Positions 27,212 to 36,714 of a stretch of 64,000 nucleotides of DNA are shown in pieces. Position numbers and translations under genes: made by a program. The notes under the pieces were generated by a model. It was not told where the DNA came from. It saw only the letters and a program-made list of their open reading frames with translations, and did no database searches. This DNA comes from Escherichia phage vB_EcoS_HZ_ZJUN2, in the sequence record PP216084. One strand, given 5' to 3'. Position 1 is the stretch's first letter; each line of letters opens with the position of its first letter.

Positions 27212-29975
27212 CTAGCTCTGACATTGCTTCTTCTGCCATAGCCTTCTCTTCCTCTGTCATGAATTTGAAAGGAATTGGCATACACTCGATTTTACAATAG
27301 GTTCTGTACCAGTCTACGATATTCTCCGTGTTCATATCTTTACCAATACCCATCATACCAAGATACATTCTAGCATATTTTGGGTTAGCACTCTGGCCTG
27401 TTTTAAGGAAGAAATCCTTTTTCTTACCTTTTAGAGCTTCTATGAATGGTTTAATGGTTACATTTGAACACTTCTTAATGTCTTCCCAGAACATCTCGTG
27501 CATCTTATGAAAGAATGCAGCTCGATCATTTGGTTTATCTTTGATATATTGTTCAACATGCTCAACTGTTACATCTTTAATAGACTCAAGATGATAATAG
27601 CGAACAATAAGTAGTTTAGCTTCATACGCATCAGCATGACGTGGAGCACAATAATCCGGAGTTGAATGTAGAATAGCTTTGATTCGCTCTTCCGTATACT
27701 CTTTTCCTGCACCTTCGATAGTTCCCCAGCTTTCACTGAAAATATCAATAGTTGCACCCTGATCAAGCAAGTAATAGCGTAGAGTACTAGTATAGTTTCT
27801 AGATTCCAGCTCCCTGCGACGTGCATATAGTTGCTGTGCTAACTCCAGCCAACCCTCATCAATGTTATATTGCTCAGAACCTGCGGAGAATCCACTCGTA
27901 GATTTATCAATAAAATAATAAATGTTCTGAGCGCCACGGTCGCGCCTGATTGCTTGGAAACGCATGTTTGGCGCTTGGTTTGAGGTTCTAGTGATAACGA
28001 ATACGTTATCAAAATAGTTGAAGTCAACACCACTAGTTACGGATGGACTACATAATAAGCAATCAATTTGTTGGTCAATTAGCTCATTAGTTGTGTAATC
28101 CAGGATACGTCGAATATCTACATCAGACGTAGAGTTTGAATGGATTTCCTTAACTAACGCACCCGTATTACGACGCAATGCCATGCCCTTCTCATTCAGT
28201 TCATCAGGGCCACAATCAGATACCAGAATAGATTTCTCCCCCATCTCTAGAGAAGTCTGAAGTGCAACCCAAATACTGGATTCGTCAGGGAATTCATAAG
28301 CATGAGCTTTTGATAGCATCTTACGGTGATGATTATAAAATGCTACTGGTTTATCAAAATCAATTAGAGAACCATATGCTTCAATAGTTTCGGCACTAAT
28401 ATCACCATCTGATAGAATCACAGTTTTAGCTGTCATGAGGATGTCACGTAGAACTTGAATACATTCGCGACGTTGTTTAACAACTGGGGCGAATAATAGA
28501 TCATTCATTACAGCGTCACATTCATCAATAAAGATGGTGTCTATTTGACCAATAAAACTTTTGAACTTATGCAAAGAGTGAATAGTTGTGGACATACGAT
28601 CAATAGCCCCACGTTTAAAGTTGAGCATATCTACAGACTTATCATATTGTCCTGCGCTAAATTTCTTAGCGTTTGAAGATACCAGCGCTCTAGTATTTGT
28701 AACTGCTAAAAAGTTGCCAGGAAGAACACCTGCGTCCAGCCATTTAGTTACTGCCGTAGTTTTACCAGTACCAAGACTTGCCTTAACAAAGGTTATGTGG
28801 CCTTTTGGAGGCACAATGTTAATCTTCAGGTATGGAACTTCTGGTGGAGAATCCACTTCTAATTTCTTGAGTGGAACACCCTTCAGATTTAATGGAATCT
28901 CACGTTTAGAATTATTAACAAACGCTTTGAGAGCCTGCTTACGACCGTTATTAAAGTAATCTTGAATATTACGACTGTTATCTTTAGTTGCAATATATTC
29001 AGATAAAGCGGGTTTAATCTCACGTTCTAGCCATGCGAAATCAACACCATCCTCTAATGCTCTATGGTATAGTTTAGGGATAATACGCAAGTACACCCCA
29101 TCCTCAGCTTCTTCCAATTCGCTGATAGTTTCTTCTACTTTATCAGACGCGATCTTTTTGCCTTTAATTTGGTCAAGTAAGGAATAGAATTCCTCTTTGA
29201 ACTCCCCTCTAGTTGTTTCATAGTCAACCAGATTATTAGGCAAATTTACCTTCGAACCTTTAACATACACCAGACGTGGCTTACTCTCCGCTTTAAACGG
29301 ATCAACAATACCATCACTAAATAAAGGATCGGCAAAATAATGGAGCTGGACAGATGAATAATAAGCTAAGTCGGCAATGTCAAAACCGAATTTTTGCTTA
29401 CTACTATCATTGATAGACGTAAATAAGAACTTTAACTGACCTTGAGTTACCTTGACGTTAGATTCTAGCATTAAGTGCATTCGGATACCTGGTTTTAGGC
29501 CAGCCGAAGACGATGCATGAGCAATAAATCCTGCATCAAGAGGAAACATGTCCTCACTAATACTATTCAACATCTTAATAATGTGGCGGGCCATACCTAC
29601 AAGATTAAACTTGTCGTATCCACCGGTATCTAGGATACCATCCACGTCCATAGCAATAATATTGCTATGGTTGGATACATTAAAGTTACCTTTCTTACGC
29701 CGCACGTTATTTTTAGGTGCAAGACATCGACCTCGTACCGCAACGATATGAGGGTCTGACGTTAAACGTCTCATAAGAGGTAACATTTCGGCAAGGCTTT
29801 GCGGGTCATGCTCTTCTATTACATCAAATTTGAATGGCATAGAGGCTGGTTTACCTTCTGGATGCTCTTTCGAGAATCGCTTGGCAAAGGTATAATCTTC
29901 CGCTTTGATTTCTCGCCAAATACCTGTTGCTAAATCGCGAGAAAATCCGGCGTGACCTTGAAGAATAGAAAACAC
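27189..29975 (-). CDS. large P-loop NTPase, putative replication-initiation/origin-binding helicase
   Basis: 928 aa; Walker A SLGTGKTTAV, Walker B TIFIDECDAV. Confidence 0.6.
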   Translation of the reverse strand: MFSILQGHAGFSRDLATGIWREIKAEDYTFAKRFSKEHPEGKPASMPFKFDVIEEHDPQSLAEMLPLMRRLTSDPHIVAVRGRCLAPKNNVRRKKGNFNVSNHSNIIAMDVDGILDTGGYDKFNLVGMARHIIKMLNSISEDMFPLDAGFIAHASSSAGLKPGIRMHLMLESNVKVTQGQLKFLFTSINDSSKQKFGFDIADLAYYSSVQLHYFADPLFSDGIVDPFKAESKPRLVYVKGSKVNLPNNLVDYETTRGEFKEEFYSLLDQIKGKKIASDKVEETISELEEAEDGVYLRIIPKLYHRALEDGVDFAWLEREIKPALSEYIATKDNSRNIQDYFNNGRKQALKAFVNNSKREIPLNLKGVPLKKLEVDSPPEVPYLKINIVPPKGHITFVKASLGTGKTTAVTKWLDAGVLPGNFLAVTNTRALVSSNAKKFSAGQYDKSVDMLNFKRGAIDRMSTTIHSLHKFKSFIGQIDTIFIDECDAVMNDLLFAPVVKQRRECIQVLRDILMTAKTVILSDGDISAETIEAYGSLIDFDKPVAFYNHHRKMLSKAHAYEFPDESSIWVALQTSLEMGEKSILVSDCGPDELNEKGMALRRNTGALVKEIHSNSTSDVDIRRILDYTTNELIDQQIDCLLCSPSVTSGVDFNYFDNVFVITRTSNQAPNMRFQAIRRDRGAQNIYYFIDKSTSGFSAGSEQYNIDEGWLELAQQLYARRRELESRNYTSTLRYYLLDQGATIDIFSESWGTIEGAGKEYTEERIKAILHSTPDYCAPRHADAYEAKLLIVRYYHLESIKDVTVEHVEQYIKDKPNDRAAFFHKMHEMFWEDIKKCSNVTIKPFIEALKGKKKDFFLKTGQSANPKYARMYLGMMGIGKDMNTENIVDWYRTYCKIECMPIPFKFMTEEEKAMAEEAMSELGARNDSE

Positions 29976-30473
29976 AACAATACTCCTGTGTTGGTTAATC
30001 GAAAATCTTTTCTTTAGGACTATTCAGAAAGAATAGAACAACTATTACTACTATTTACGTAAACATCAATTATCATCAAGCAATATGAATAAGTTATCAT
30101 ATCTCAGTGCTGTGCTCTCTTCGCTCATATACAGAATAGAACCTAGGTCATTGGCCGCTAAGCCGATTCTATTTGTCCTCACTATCCTATTGGTAGGTGA
30201 CTACTGTACGTGCCGCCATTCGCTGCTCTTTTCGTTCGCACCCCCATATAAAGCTCTGCCTATATAACGAGCTAAATATGCACGGTTTGGATTTACCTTT
30301 CCGAATTCAGGGTACACAGATCACTTAATTGAAGATTAACTAATGCAATATAAACACTAGTAATAGTTAAAACAACCCTTAATGGGGCAGCCTAACTGTT
30401 CCGTATCGCGGATTGTAAACAAGAAAAATTAGCAAAATCAATTTTTACTAATGTCTCTCAATTCAATATAAAT

Positions 30474-30502
30474 ATTATATCAAGATTTTGGGCATCATGC
30501 AA
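30474..30502 (-). promoter_or_regulatory. T5-type promoter (minus strand), about 490 nt upstream of the NTPase gene
   Basis: Reverse complement TTGCAT - 17 bp - TATAAT followed by ATTTATATTGAATTGAGAG. Confidence 0.55.
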
Positions 30503-30593
30503 GTAAATTTTTCCCAAAGGTGCTATCAGTGTCTTTGAGCATAGAGAAAACCGAGCCAAAATGACTCGGTAATCAGAGTTCAGCTAATAAAAA

Positions 30594-30986
30594 TCATTTG
30601 TCATTTAGGCCTGGAACATAGATCCCAACACGGTTTAATTGTTCTTTAGCTTCTTTGAGAATATCTGGAGTGTATTCCCAAATATCATCTTCCACCTGTA
30701 AAAGATGGGGCGAACAACCGTCATCCGGCACACGACATATGGCCAAACCACGTGGATGGAATATAGAGAAGTTTAGGGCAACAATCAAGCCCATAGCAGA
30801 CAATTCATTCCAATCCAATTCCCATTCCCCGGCGTATCCAGACAGGAAAACACCAACACAGGGATCATCTGTTTGCTGCTCAGGAAAAGTGAAGGAGGCT
30901 TGTCTTACCCCCAACCAACGTTGTAGCAGCTTTTCCGCACGCTTCACCAAACTAGGGTCAATCTGACGCCAAAATACTTGTTCCAT
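30594..30986 (-). CDS. hypothetical protein, paralogue A of a tandem pair
   Basis: 130 aa; shares PC(V/I)G…W.EL..MGL..ALN…PGL pattern with 30996-31424. Confidence 0.5.
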   Translation of the reverse strand: MEQVFWRQIDPSLVKRAEKLLQRWLGVRQASFTFPEQQTDDPCVGVFLSGYAGEWELDWNELSAMGLIVALNFSIFHPRGLAICRVPDDGCSPHLLQVEDDIWEYTPDILKEAKEQLNRVGIYVPGLNDK

Positions 30987-30995
30987 TCTGCCTCC

Positions 30996-31424
30996 TTAAG
31001 CAGTTAAACCTGGGATCATATACCCGAAACGTCGAAGTTTCTGAATCCCCTCATTTACTTCTTCCGGTGAGTAAGACCAACCATAACGTTCATTAACTTG
31101 AAAACCAGGAGATTCACTAGTTTTATAGTTAACAACGAGGCGATGCTTAGCAGGCATAAACAGCTTATAGTTTAACGCAAAAACTAAGCCCATTTCATCT
31201 AACTCTTTCCAGCCGACAATCTCTTCAAGACCATCCTCTACCTGAACAATTAAACCAATACAGGGAGCCTCATCAATATCATCTTTAAAGGCAAAGGAGA
31301 TTTCGTTATTCTCACACCATATTTTCAAAGAGTTAATAGCCTCATTATACAGGCTAGCCGGGAGAGTACGCCAAAAGTTAACCAAAATTGGGTTAGCTTC
31401 TTTAGAGAATACATTATTGAACAT
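30996..31424 (-). CDS. hypothetical protein, paralogue B of a tandem pair
   Basis: 142 aa; see paralogue A. Confidence 0.5.
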   Translation of the reverse strand: MFNNVFSKEANPILVNFWRTLPASLYNEAINSLKIWCENNEISFAFKDDIDEAPCIGLIVQVEDGLEEIVGWKELDEMGLVFALNYKLFMPAKHRLVVNYKTSESPGFQVNERYGWSYSPEEVNEGIQKLRRFGYMIPGLTA

Positions 31425-31426
31425 AT

Positions 31427-31933
31427 TTACACCTTAAATTGCTGTAAGGATTTACACATTTCAAGATCTGGGCTAAATTCTAGCATATAGCTAACAGCTT
31501 TTAAATCTTGAAGATTTATCCCAGTCCTACCGTTGACTATAACCGTTGGATACTGATACATCATAGCACCCGCATCATCAAGCACACACCAATGTTTGAG
31601 CTTATGCTTTTCAACGAAGCGAAGAACAGAATTACCCCTAGATAATCCACCCCCAGTAAAATCCGTTGTACCAAGAAAACGATCGATAAGACCTAATCCG
31701 GTCATAATCCGAACGTTCTCCATCTCATTTCTAACAGAGAACCAAGATGATACTCCAACAATCATTATCGGAGAAAGACGAATAAAGTCCTGAAAAGCCT
31801 TGAGAAGCGGTTTGAAAACCCAGTCACTTCCAAAGAAAATCTTTTCATCATCAGGTGCATGATGGTGGGAGATGCTCGAATTGAGCACTCCATCAATGTC
31901 CAGAAAAATAATTGGAGTATTACTTATTTCCAT
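31427..31933 (-). CDS. HAD-superfamily hydrolase-like protein (possible nucleotidase/phosphatase)
   Basis: N-terminal FLDIDGVLN (HAD motif I, DxDG). Confidence 0.5.
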   Translation of the reverse strand: MEISNTPIIFLDIDGVLNSSISHHHAPDDEKIFFGSDWVFKPLLKAFQDFIRLSPIMIVGVSSWFSVRNEMENVRIMTGLGLIDRFLGTTDFTGGGLSRGNSVLRFVEKHKLKHWCVLDDAGAMMYQYPTVIVNGRTGINLQDLKAVSYMLEFSPDLEMCKSLQQFKV

Positions 31934-32102
31934 TTTTGTTCCTTTCTAAGAACGTATCATACTCAACCGTATCAACATATATAACACCATAGTCATCGGA
32001 TTTATAGTCCATTTCCCACAGCTCACAGCGATAGCACCAACTACCATCCGCCCATACAAATATATCATCGGGATGTGTATAAACAGATTTAACTATGGAC
32101 AT
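31920..32102 (-). CDS. small hypothetical protein (WCYR-motif family, copy 1)
   Basis: 60 aa; DDIFVWADGSWCYRCEL. Confidence 0.4.
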   Translation of the reverse strand: MSIVKSVYTHPDDIFVWADGSWCYRCELWEMDYKSDDYGVIYVDTVEYDTFLERNKNGNK

Positions 32103-32278
32103 ATCTGTTTCTCCTCATCTCCAGAGGATAACCATATATTATCCGTAGTATAGATAATTTTATATGTGTTGCCTAATCTTTCTTTTACATTAGGAAATCT
32201 ATAGGCAAACCTATAACACCAAGTGCCAGACTCAGTTATAAAAATATCCCATTCATTATTTCTTGCTTCTCGACACAT
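32093..32278 (-). CDS. small hypothetical protein (WCYR-motif family, copy 2)
   Basis: 61 aa; WDIFITESGTWCYRFAY. Confidence 0.4.
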   Translation of the reverse strand: MCREARNNEWDIFITESGTWCYRFAYRFPNVKERLGNTYKIIYTTDNIWLSSGDEEKQICP

Positions 32279-33074
32279 AAGGTCTACCCTCTAAATGAGC
32301 TTCTACACGAGCAATAAAATCAGGGTCACTGAAAGCATCCACCGCACCTTTACTCCAGTAAGGGACACCACGTTCTTCTAGCTGGTACATCTCACTACGA
32401 GTCATACCTTGATAGCCCGGTTCCGCCGCTAGGGCACTATCGTAGTAGTTAACAACCATAAGTTTCGCAGCAGTCAAATTAAGAACAGGAAATAATTCCC
32501 AGTAGAAGTTAATTACTTGGTTAGAGCAACCAACCACAATGATCATATCTTGACTGGTAATACCATCAAAAACATTATACATTTCTGTGTATGCAGGAGC
32601 ATGCTCCCCAAAGAATATTACATTAGGTTTAACCCATTTATAATCATCTGGATCAATAGACTTGTACCCTACATCAATAATCCGTTTATTGCTACTATTA
32701 TAGCTATCAGCTACAACAACCTCTTTTAAATATCCATGAATGTGTAGAATATCACTATGTGGAACGCCAGCACGCTCAATAAGGTCATCAACGTTGGTAG
32801 TCAAGTTTACTACTTGACCTGGATATTGTTTATACCATTCACCAATACGCAAATGCGCAAGATTGGGTTCAACAGTTTTTAGCTCTTCACGACGCTTGTT
32901 GTAAAACATATGGGTTTTATGATAAAAATTACCACGAAAGGCGTGAATATTACATACTTCTTCTAGATCATAATCATCCCACAGTGCTTTACCACTAGCA
33001 GTATCAGTACGAAAAGCTCGTACACCACTTTCAACACTCAAACCTGCACCGCTAATAACAATTAATCTACGCAC
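32256..33074 (-). CDS. Sir2-like (sirtuin-fold) NAD-binding protein
   Basis: GAGLSVESGVRAFR, TTNVDDL and HIHG motifs match the sirtuin NAD-binding/catalytic signature; no zinc-ribbon cysteines. Confidence 0.6.
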   Translation of the reverse strand: MRRLIVISGAGLSVESGVRAFRTDTASGKALWDDYDLEEVCNIHAFRGNFYHKTHMFYNKRREELKTVEPNLAHLRIGEWYKQYPGQVVNLTTNVDDLIERAGVPHSDILHIHGYLKEVVVADSYNSSNKRIIDVGYKSIDPDDYKWVKPNVIFFGEHAPAYTEMYNVFDGITSQDMIIVVGCSNQVINFYWELFPVLNLTAAKLMVVNYYDSALAAEPGYQGMTRSEMYQLEERGVPYWSKGAVDAFSDPDFIARVEAHLEGRPYVSRSKK

Positions 33075-33268
33075 TATACGATTCCTCGCTTAAGTCCTTC
33101 GATAATATCTCGGAGTAAAATTGCTTCCTCCTGGCGTACCTTTTCTTGCTTAATAAGCATATCCAATCCAGCAATACAACTAGTTACACCAGCATTATAA
33201 CCAGAGTTCCATTGCTCAATGAGCATGTTTTCTATATTACTTTTTAGATTCGGCTTCGAGAATGCCAT
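33074..33268 (-). CDS. hypothetical protein
   Basis: 64-aa ORF. Confidence 0.4.
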   Translation of the reverse strand: MAFSKPNLKSNIENMLIEQWNSGYNAGVTSCIAGLDMLIKQEKVRQEEAILLRDIIEGLKRGIV

Positions 33269-33440
33269 AAAGTTTCTCCTCTAGTTCCATAACACGATTT
33301 TCATAAGAGGCACGCAACTTTTCAATTGCCAGCGCACGCACTGTAACCTCATTAGAATTAATAGCTAATTGGGCCAGGTCTTCTGTTTCCATACGTCCGT
33401 TGTAAATTAAGCGATATTTAAGATGTTTTACGTTTTTCAT
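33237..33440 (-). CDS. hypothetical protein
   Basis: 67-aa ORF. Confidence 0.4.
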   Translation of the reverse strand: MKNVKHLKYRLIYNGRMETEDLAQLAINSNEVTVRALAIEKLRASYENRVMELEEKLYGILEAESKK

Positions 33441-33649
33441 TCTTGTTCCTCAAACATTTCAATTTCTGCATTAGCAATAGAAAGGGCGGGCTCAGATAAG
33501 CACAATCCCGCCCTAGGATCAATCTTCACTTCGTCCATCCAAGTATTTACTAAACATAATTTAGTTATGTCCTCACGGAGAATGGAACCATATGCCCCAG
33601 AATCCATAATAAAATAGATACGTTCTTTATCTACCTTGTGAACTCTCAT
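33437..33649 (-). CDS. hypothetical protein
   Basis: 70-aa ORF behind the promoter at 33678-33706. Confidence 0.45.
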   Translation of the reverse strand: MRVHKVDKERIYFIMDSGAYGSILREDITKLCLVNTWMDEVKIDPRAGLCLSEPALSIANAEIEMFEEQE

Positions 33650-33677
33650 ATCTTTCTCCCATCAAATTTATAAATCT

Positions 33678-33706
33678 ATTATATATAAATTTTTGGCTGA
33701 AAGCAA
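33678..33706 (-). promoter_or_regulatory. T5-type promoter (minus strand)
   Basis: Reverse complement TTGCTT - 17 bp - TATAAT followed by AGATTTATAAATTTGATGGGAG. Confidence 0.6.
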
Positions 33707-33747
33707 ATAAAATAAAAGCCAGGTCGACTAGCAACCCGGCTTTTATT

Positions 33748-35574
33748 TTATTTAAGATTTAAGTGCTTTACTCTACCAAGTACTTCTTTTTGTTTCCCAG
33801 AATTGAATGGTCTACTGCCAGGAGACCCAAGATACCCACAAACCCTACGTGTAACTTCTATATCTTCAGATCCACAACTAGGGCATACAAAACCACGTTC
33901 AGAGGCAATAGACTCACCCATATATCCACAGTTAAAGCACTCATCAATAGGTATGTTAACACCAATATAGTGGCTGCATTCCAATCCCTTATCTACTACA
34001 TATTCAAGAGCTTTAGGGAATTTTTTCATCTGCGGCAACTCTACAAAAGAAATATTACCACCATTAGCTATTTTAGTAAAATGAGCCTCGTACTCAAATT
34101 TAATATCTGGGGCTACTTTTTCCCTTACGTCTAAATGATGACTATTAGTAAGATACCCTTTATCAGTTAGCCAGGAGTATTCTGGGAATCTATGTTCTAG
34201 TAACTTATTAAAGCGATTACATAGAGACTCACTAGGAGTAGCATACAGACTAAACCCAAGATTAGTCTCATTAGCCTTAATTTCACAACGATTTTTTAAG
34301 TGAGTAAGAACTTCTTCCGTAAATTCAATACAATCCCTATGAGTTTGTGGTAATCCAAACATTATTTGGCACATCTCATATACCCCAATATATCCGAGAG
34401 ATACAGAAGATCTACCCTCAAAAATAGGCCAGACGTATTCCTCCGCACCCAAACGTACACCAAAACCTCCGTGCATATATAGAATAGGGGCTTGTTTAGC
34501 TTTTACTTTCTTCAGCCTACCCAAGAAAAAATCATGTGCTTCAAAAGCCTCATCTACATACTTATCCAGAATATCCCAGAAATCTTCAAAAACTCCATCC
34601 GCTTCTGCAGCAACCATAGGTAGATTAATAGATACTACACCAAGATTATTACGTCCTGCAACTTCGCCAGAAGGGATAGCGGATAAAAAACTACGACAAC
34701 CCATAGGGGCTTTAAAATCGCCAGTAACAGCTACAACCTTCTCATAGCTTAAATAATCTGGATACATACGTGTAGCGGAACATTCAAGTGCTAGCTGTTT
34801 TATATCATAGTTAGGATCCCCTGGATTTTTGTTTAATCCTTCTTTAACTGAGAATACTAATTTGGGGAAGATAGGGGTTGACTCAGCAGCTCCCAAACCT
34901 TTAATACGATTTTGAAGAATGGCTTTTTGAATCATTCTTTCCTCCCACTCTTGTCCCAGACCAAAGCCCAGAGTAACAAAGGGAGTCTGCCCATTAGAGT
35001 TAAATAACGAATTGGTTTCATACTCTAGAGCCTGGAATGCATCATAACATTCTTTTTCAGTAAGTTCAGTAGCATATACAGCAGCTTTTCTTTCATCCTT
35101 AAGCCAACGTAGGCCACGCCCCAGATGTTTATTGTAGGACTTCCTAACATACGGAGCTAGAACTTCATCAATACGATCAATGGAAGTACCACCATACTGA
35201 GCACCTGATACTTGAGCAATAATCTGAGCAGTAATCGCACATGCAGTAGTTATGGATTTAGGAGTTTCAATATTCGCATTACCAATTTTAGTGCCATTTT
35301 TCAACATACCGCCTAGGTCTACTAAACAACAGTTAGTGTACCCCTGCGCCCTATAATCCATATCATGGATATGTATTTTACCTAGATTATGGGCGTCTAA
35401 TAAATGTTTAGGTAATTCTTGTGATACTAAATACTTGTTGATTTCTCCAGCTAGTAAGTCCCTCTGCGTATGAAACATCTCGCTAGGTTTATTAGCATTA
35501 TTATGCTGCAAGTCTTTGTCAGCAGTTAGAGTAAGTAAACCTTTGCAATTTTCAATTAGTTCATTTTCTGTCAT
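33748..35574 (-). CDS. nrdD: anaerobic ribonucleoside-triphosphate reductase (class III)
   Basis: 608 aa; C-terminal zinc ribbon C..C…CPSCG and glycyl-radical motif RVCGYLG. Confidence 0.85.
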   Translation of the reverse strand: MTENELIENCKGLLTLTADKDLQHNNANKPSEMFHTQRDLLAGEINKYLVSQELPKHLLDAHNLGKIHIHDMDYRAQGYTNCCLVDLGGMLKNGTKIGNANIETPKSITTACAITAQIIAQVSGAQYGGTSIDRIDEVLAPYVRKSYNKHLGRGLRWLKDERKAAVYATELTEKECYDAFQALEYETNSLFNSNGQTPFVTLGFGLGQEWEERMIQKAILQNRIKGLGAAESTPIFPKLVFSVKEGLNKNPGDPNYDIKQLALECSATRMYPDYLSYEKVVAVTGDFKAPMGCRSFLSAIPSGEVAGRNNLGVVSINLPMVAAEADGVFEDFWDILDKYVDEAFEAHDFFLGRLKKVKAKQAPILYMHGGFGVRLGAEEYVWPIFEGRSSVSLGYIGVYEMCQIMFGLPQTHRDCIEFTEEVLTHLKNRCEIKANETNLGFSLYATPSESLCNRFNKLLEHRFPEYSWLTDKGYLTNSHHLDVREKVAPDIKFEYEAHFTKIANGGNISFVELPQMKKFPKALEYVVDKGLECSHYIGVNIPIDECFNCGYMGESIASERGFVCPSCGSEDIEVTRRVCGYLGSPGSRPFNSGKQKEVLGRVKHLNLK

Positions 35575-36424
35575 TGATTATTTCCTCGATAAATTTTATA
35601 GCTACTTCTGGCTCAATATTGAAGAATTCCGTAGCACCATCAAAATCTTTGTATTGGCAATTCTGTTCTTTAAAGTAATTATGGGCTAATTTTTCGATTT
35701 GAACTGCATCACTATATTCTCCAATTTCAAATACTTTAATTACTTCCAGATCAGTAAGGTGACTACTAGATTTAATATGTAAAAGTCTACGCTCTGGATT
35801 GTTAGACCTACCTATTTTAACACCATGTGAAGGGCTATGCATAATATATACCTTAGTATTTTCTAAATCCCTATATTTACAGTAAGGACAACCATTTCCT
35901 CCTAACACGGATCCTGGAGTAGCTTCCCACTGGTGCCCTGCACCACAGAGAAAGGTGGTCTTAGTATTTGCATTACTATATTCACCTACTATTCTAATAT
36001 TCCTAGCAGTAAGACGATCGTTTATATTATTAATACTAAGTTTTTGTTTACTAATAGCACAAGATGGGCAGCCACTACCTCTATTGATTATACTATTAAG
36101 TGTAGTAGACCACTCATGACCACAAACACACCTAAATTTAGTATTTATATCGGCACTATTTTTATAGCCCTCCAACAATGTAATACCACGGCCCTGTAAT
36201 ACAGTATTAATTTTATCAATATCTAGTTTACGGCTATTAATAGAACAAGTAGGACAATTGGTCTTTCCATTCCTAATAGCATCAAATTTAGATGTCCATT
36301 GATGACCATATTCACACTGATACGTATGCCTATACCTAGAATTTTGATAAGGCTTATCCACCATAGTAAAACCACGTTCGGCTAGGCATTTATCCACTTC
36401 TTCTTGAGTTAATTTTTTCGGCAT
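35561..36424 (-). CDS. homing-endonuclease-like protein: three zinc-ribbon repeats plus GIY-YIG-superfamily (T5orf172-type) domain
   Basis: Start set at the MPKK ATG (36424) with GGAGAAGAGG RBS; three C..GH.W…G.GCP.C repeats; VYIMHSPSHGVKIGRSNNPERRLLHI. Confidence 0.6.
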   Translation of the reverse strand: MPKKLTQEEVDKCLAERGFTMVDKPYQNSRYRHTYQCEYGHQWTSKFDAIRNGKTNCPTCSINSRKLDIDKINTVLQGRGITLLEGYKNSADINTKFRCVCGHEWSTTLNSIINRGSGCPSCAISKQKLSINNINDRLTARNIRIVGEYSNANTKTTFLCGAGHQWEATPGSVLGGNGCPYCKYRDLENTKVYIMHSPSHGVKIGRSNNPERRLLHIKSSSHLTDLEVIKVFEIGEYSDAVQIEKLAHNYFKEQNCQYKDFDGATEFFNIEPEVAIKFIEEIINDRK

Positions 36425-36452
36425 TCCTCTTCTCCACAGAATTTTTACACCT

Positions 36453-36481
36453 ATTATACTAAACATTATCCACTATGTCAA
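36453..36481 (-). promoter_or_regulatory. consensus sigma70 promoter (minus strand)
   Basis: Reverse complement TTGACA - 17 bp - TATAAT. Confidence 0.65.
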
Positions 36482-36618
36482 TTAAAATTTTCTTTCGTCA
36501 TCTAATACTGTAATATTTCGCGTATAAATAAATGATTATCTAGTATCATACTTCTACCTTTATAAGCAAGCAAATTTTTTATTTAAATGCAATATCATAG
36601 GCTTATTTAAAATTGTAG

Positions 36619-36647
36619 TTGCTTTTTACTGCATATACTGGTATAAT
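36619..36647 (+). promoter_or_regulatory. T5-type promoter for the phoH-nrdA operon
   Basis: TTGCTT - 17 bp - TATAAT followed by ATATTTGTAAGTTGATAAAC. Confidence 0.65.
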
Positions 36648-36714
36648 ATATTTGTAAGTTGATAAACAAGATCTCTTTGTTGATCCTCTGTTAGAAGCGA
36701 AGTACACTATAGGA

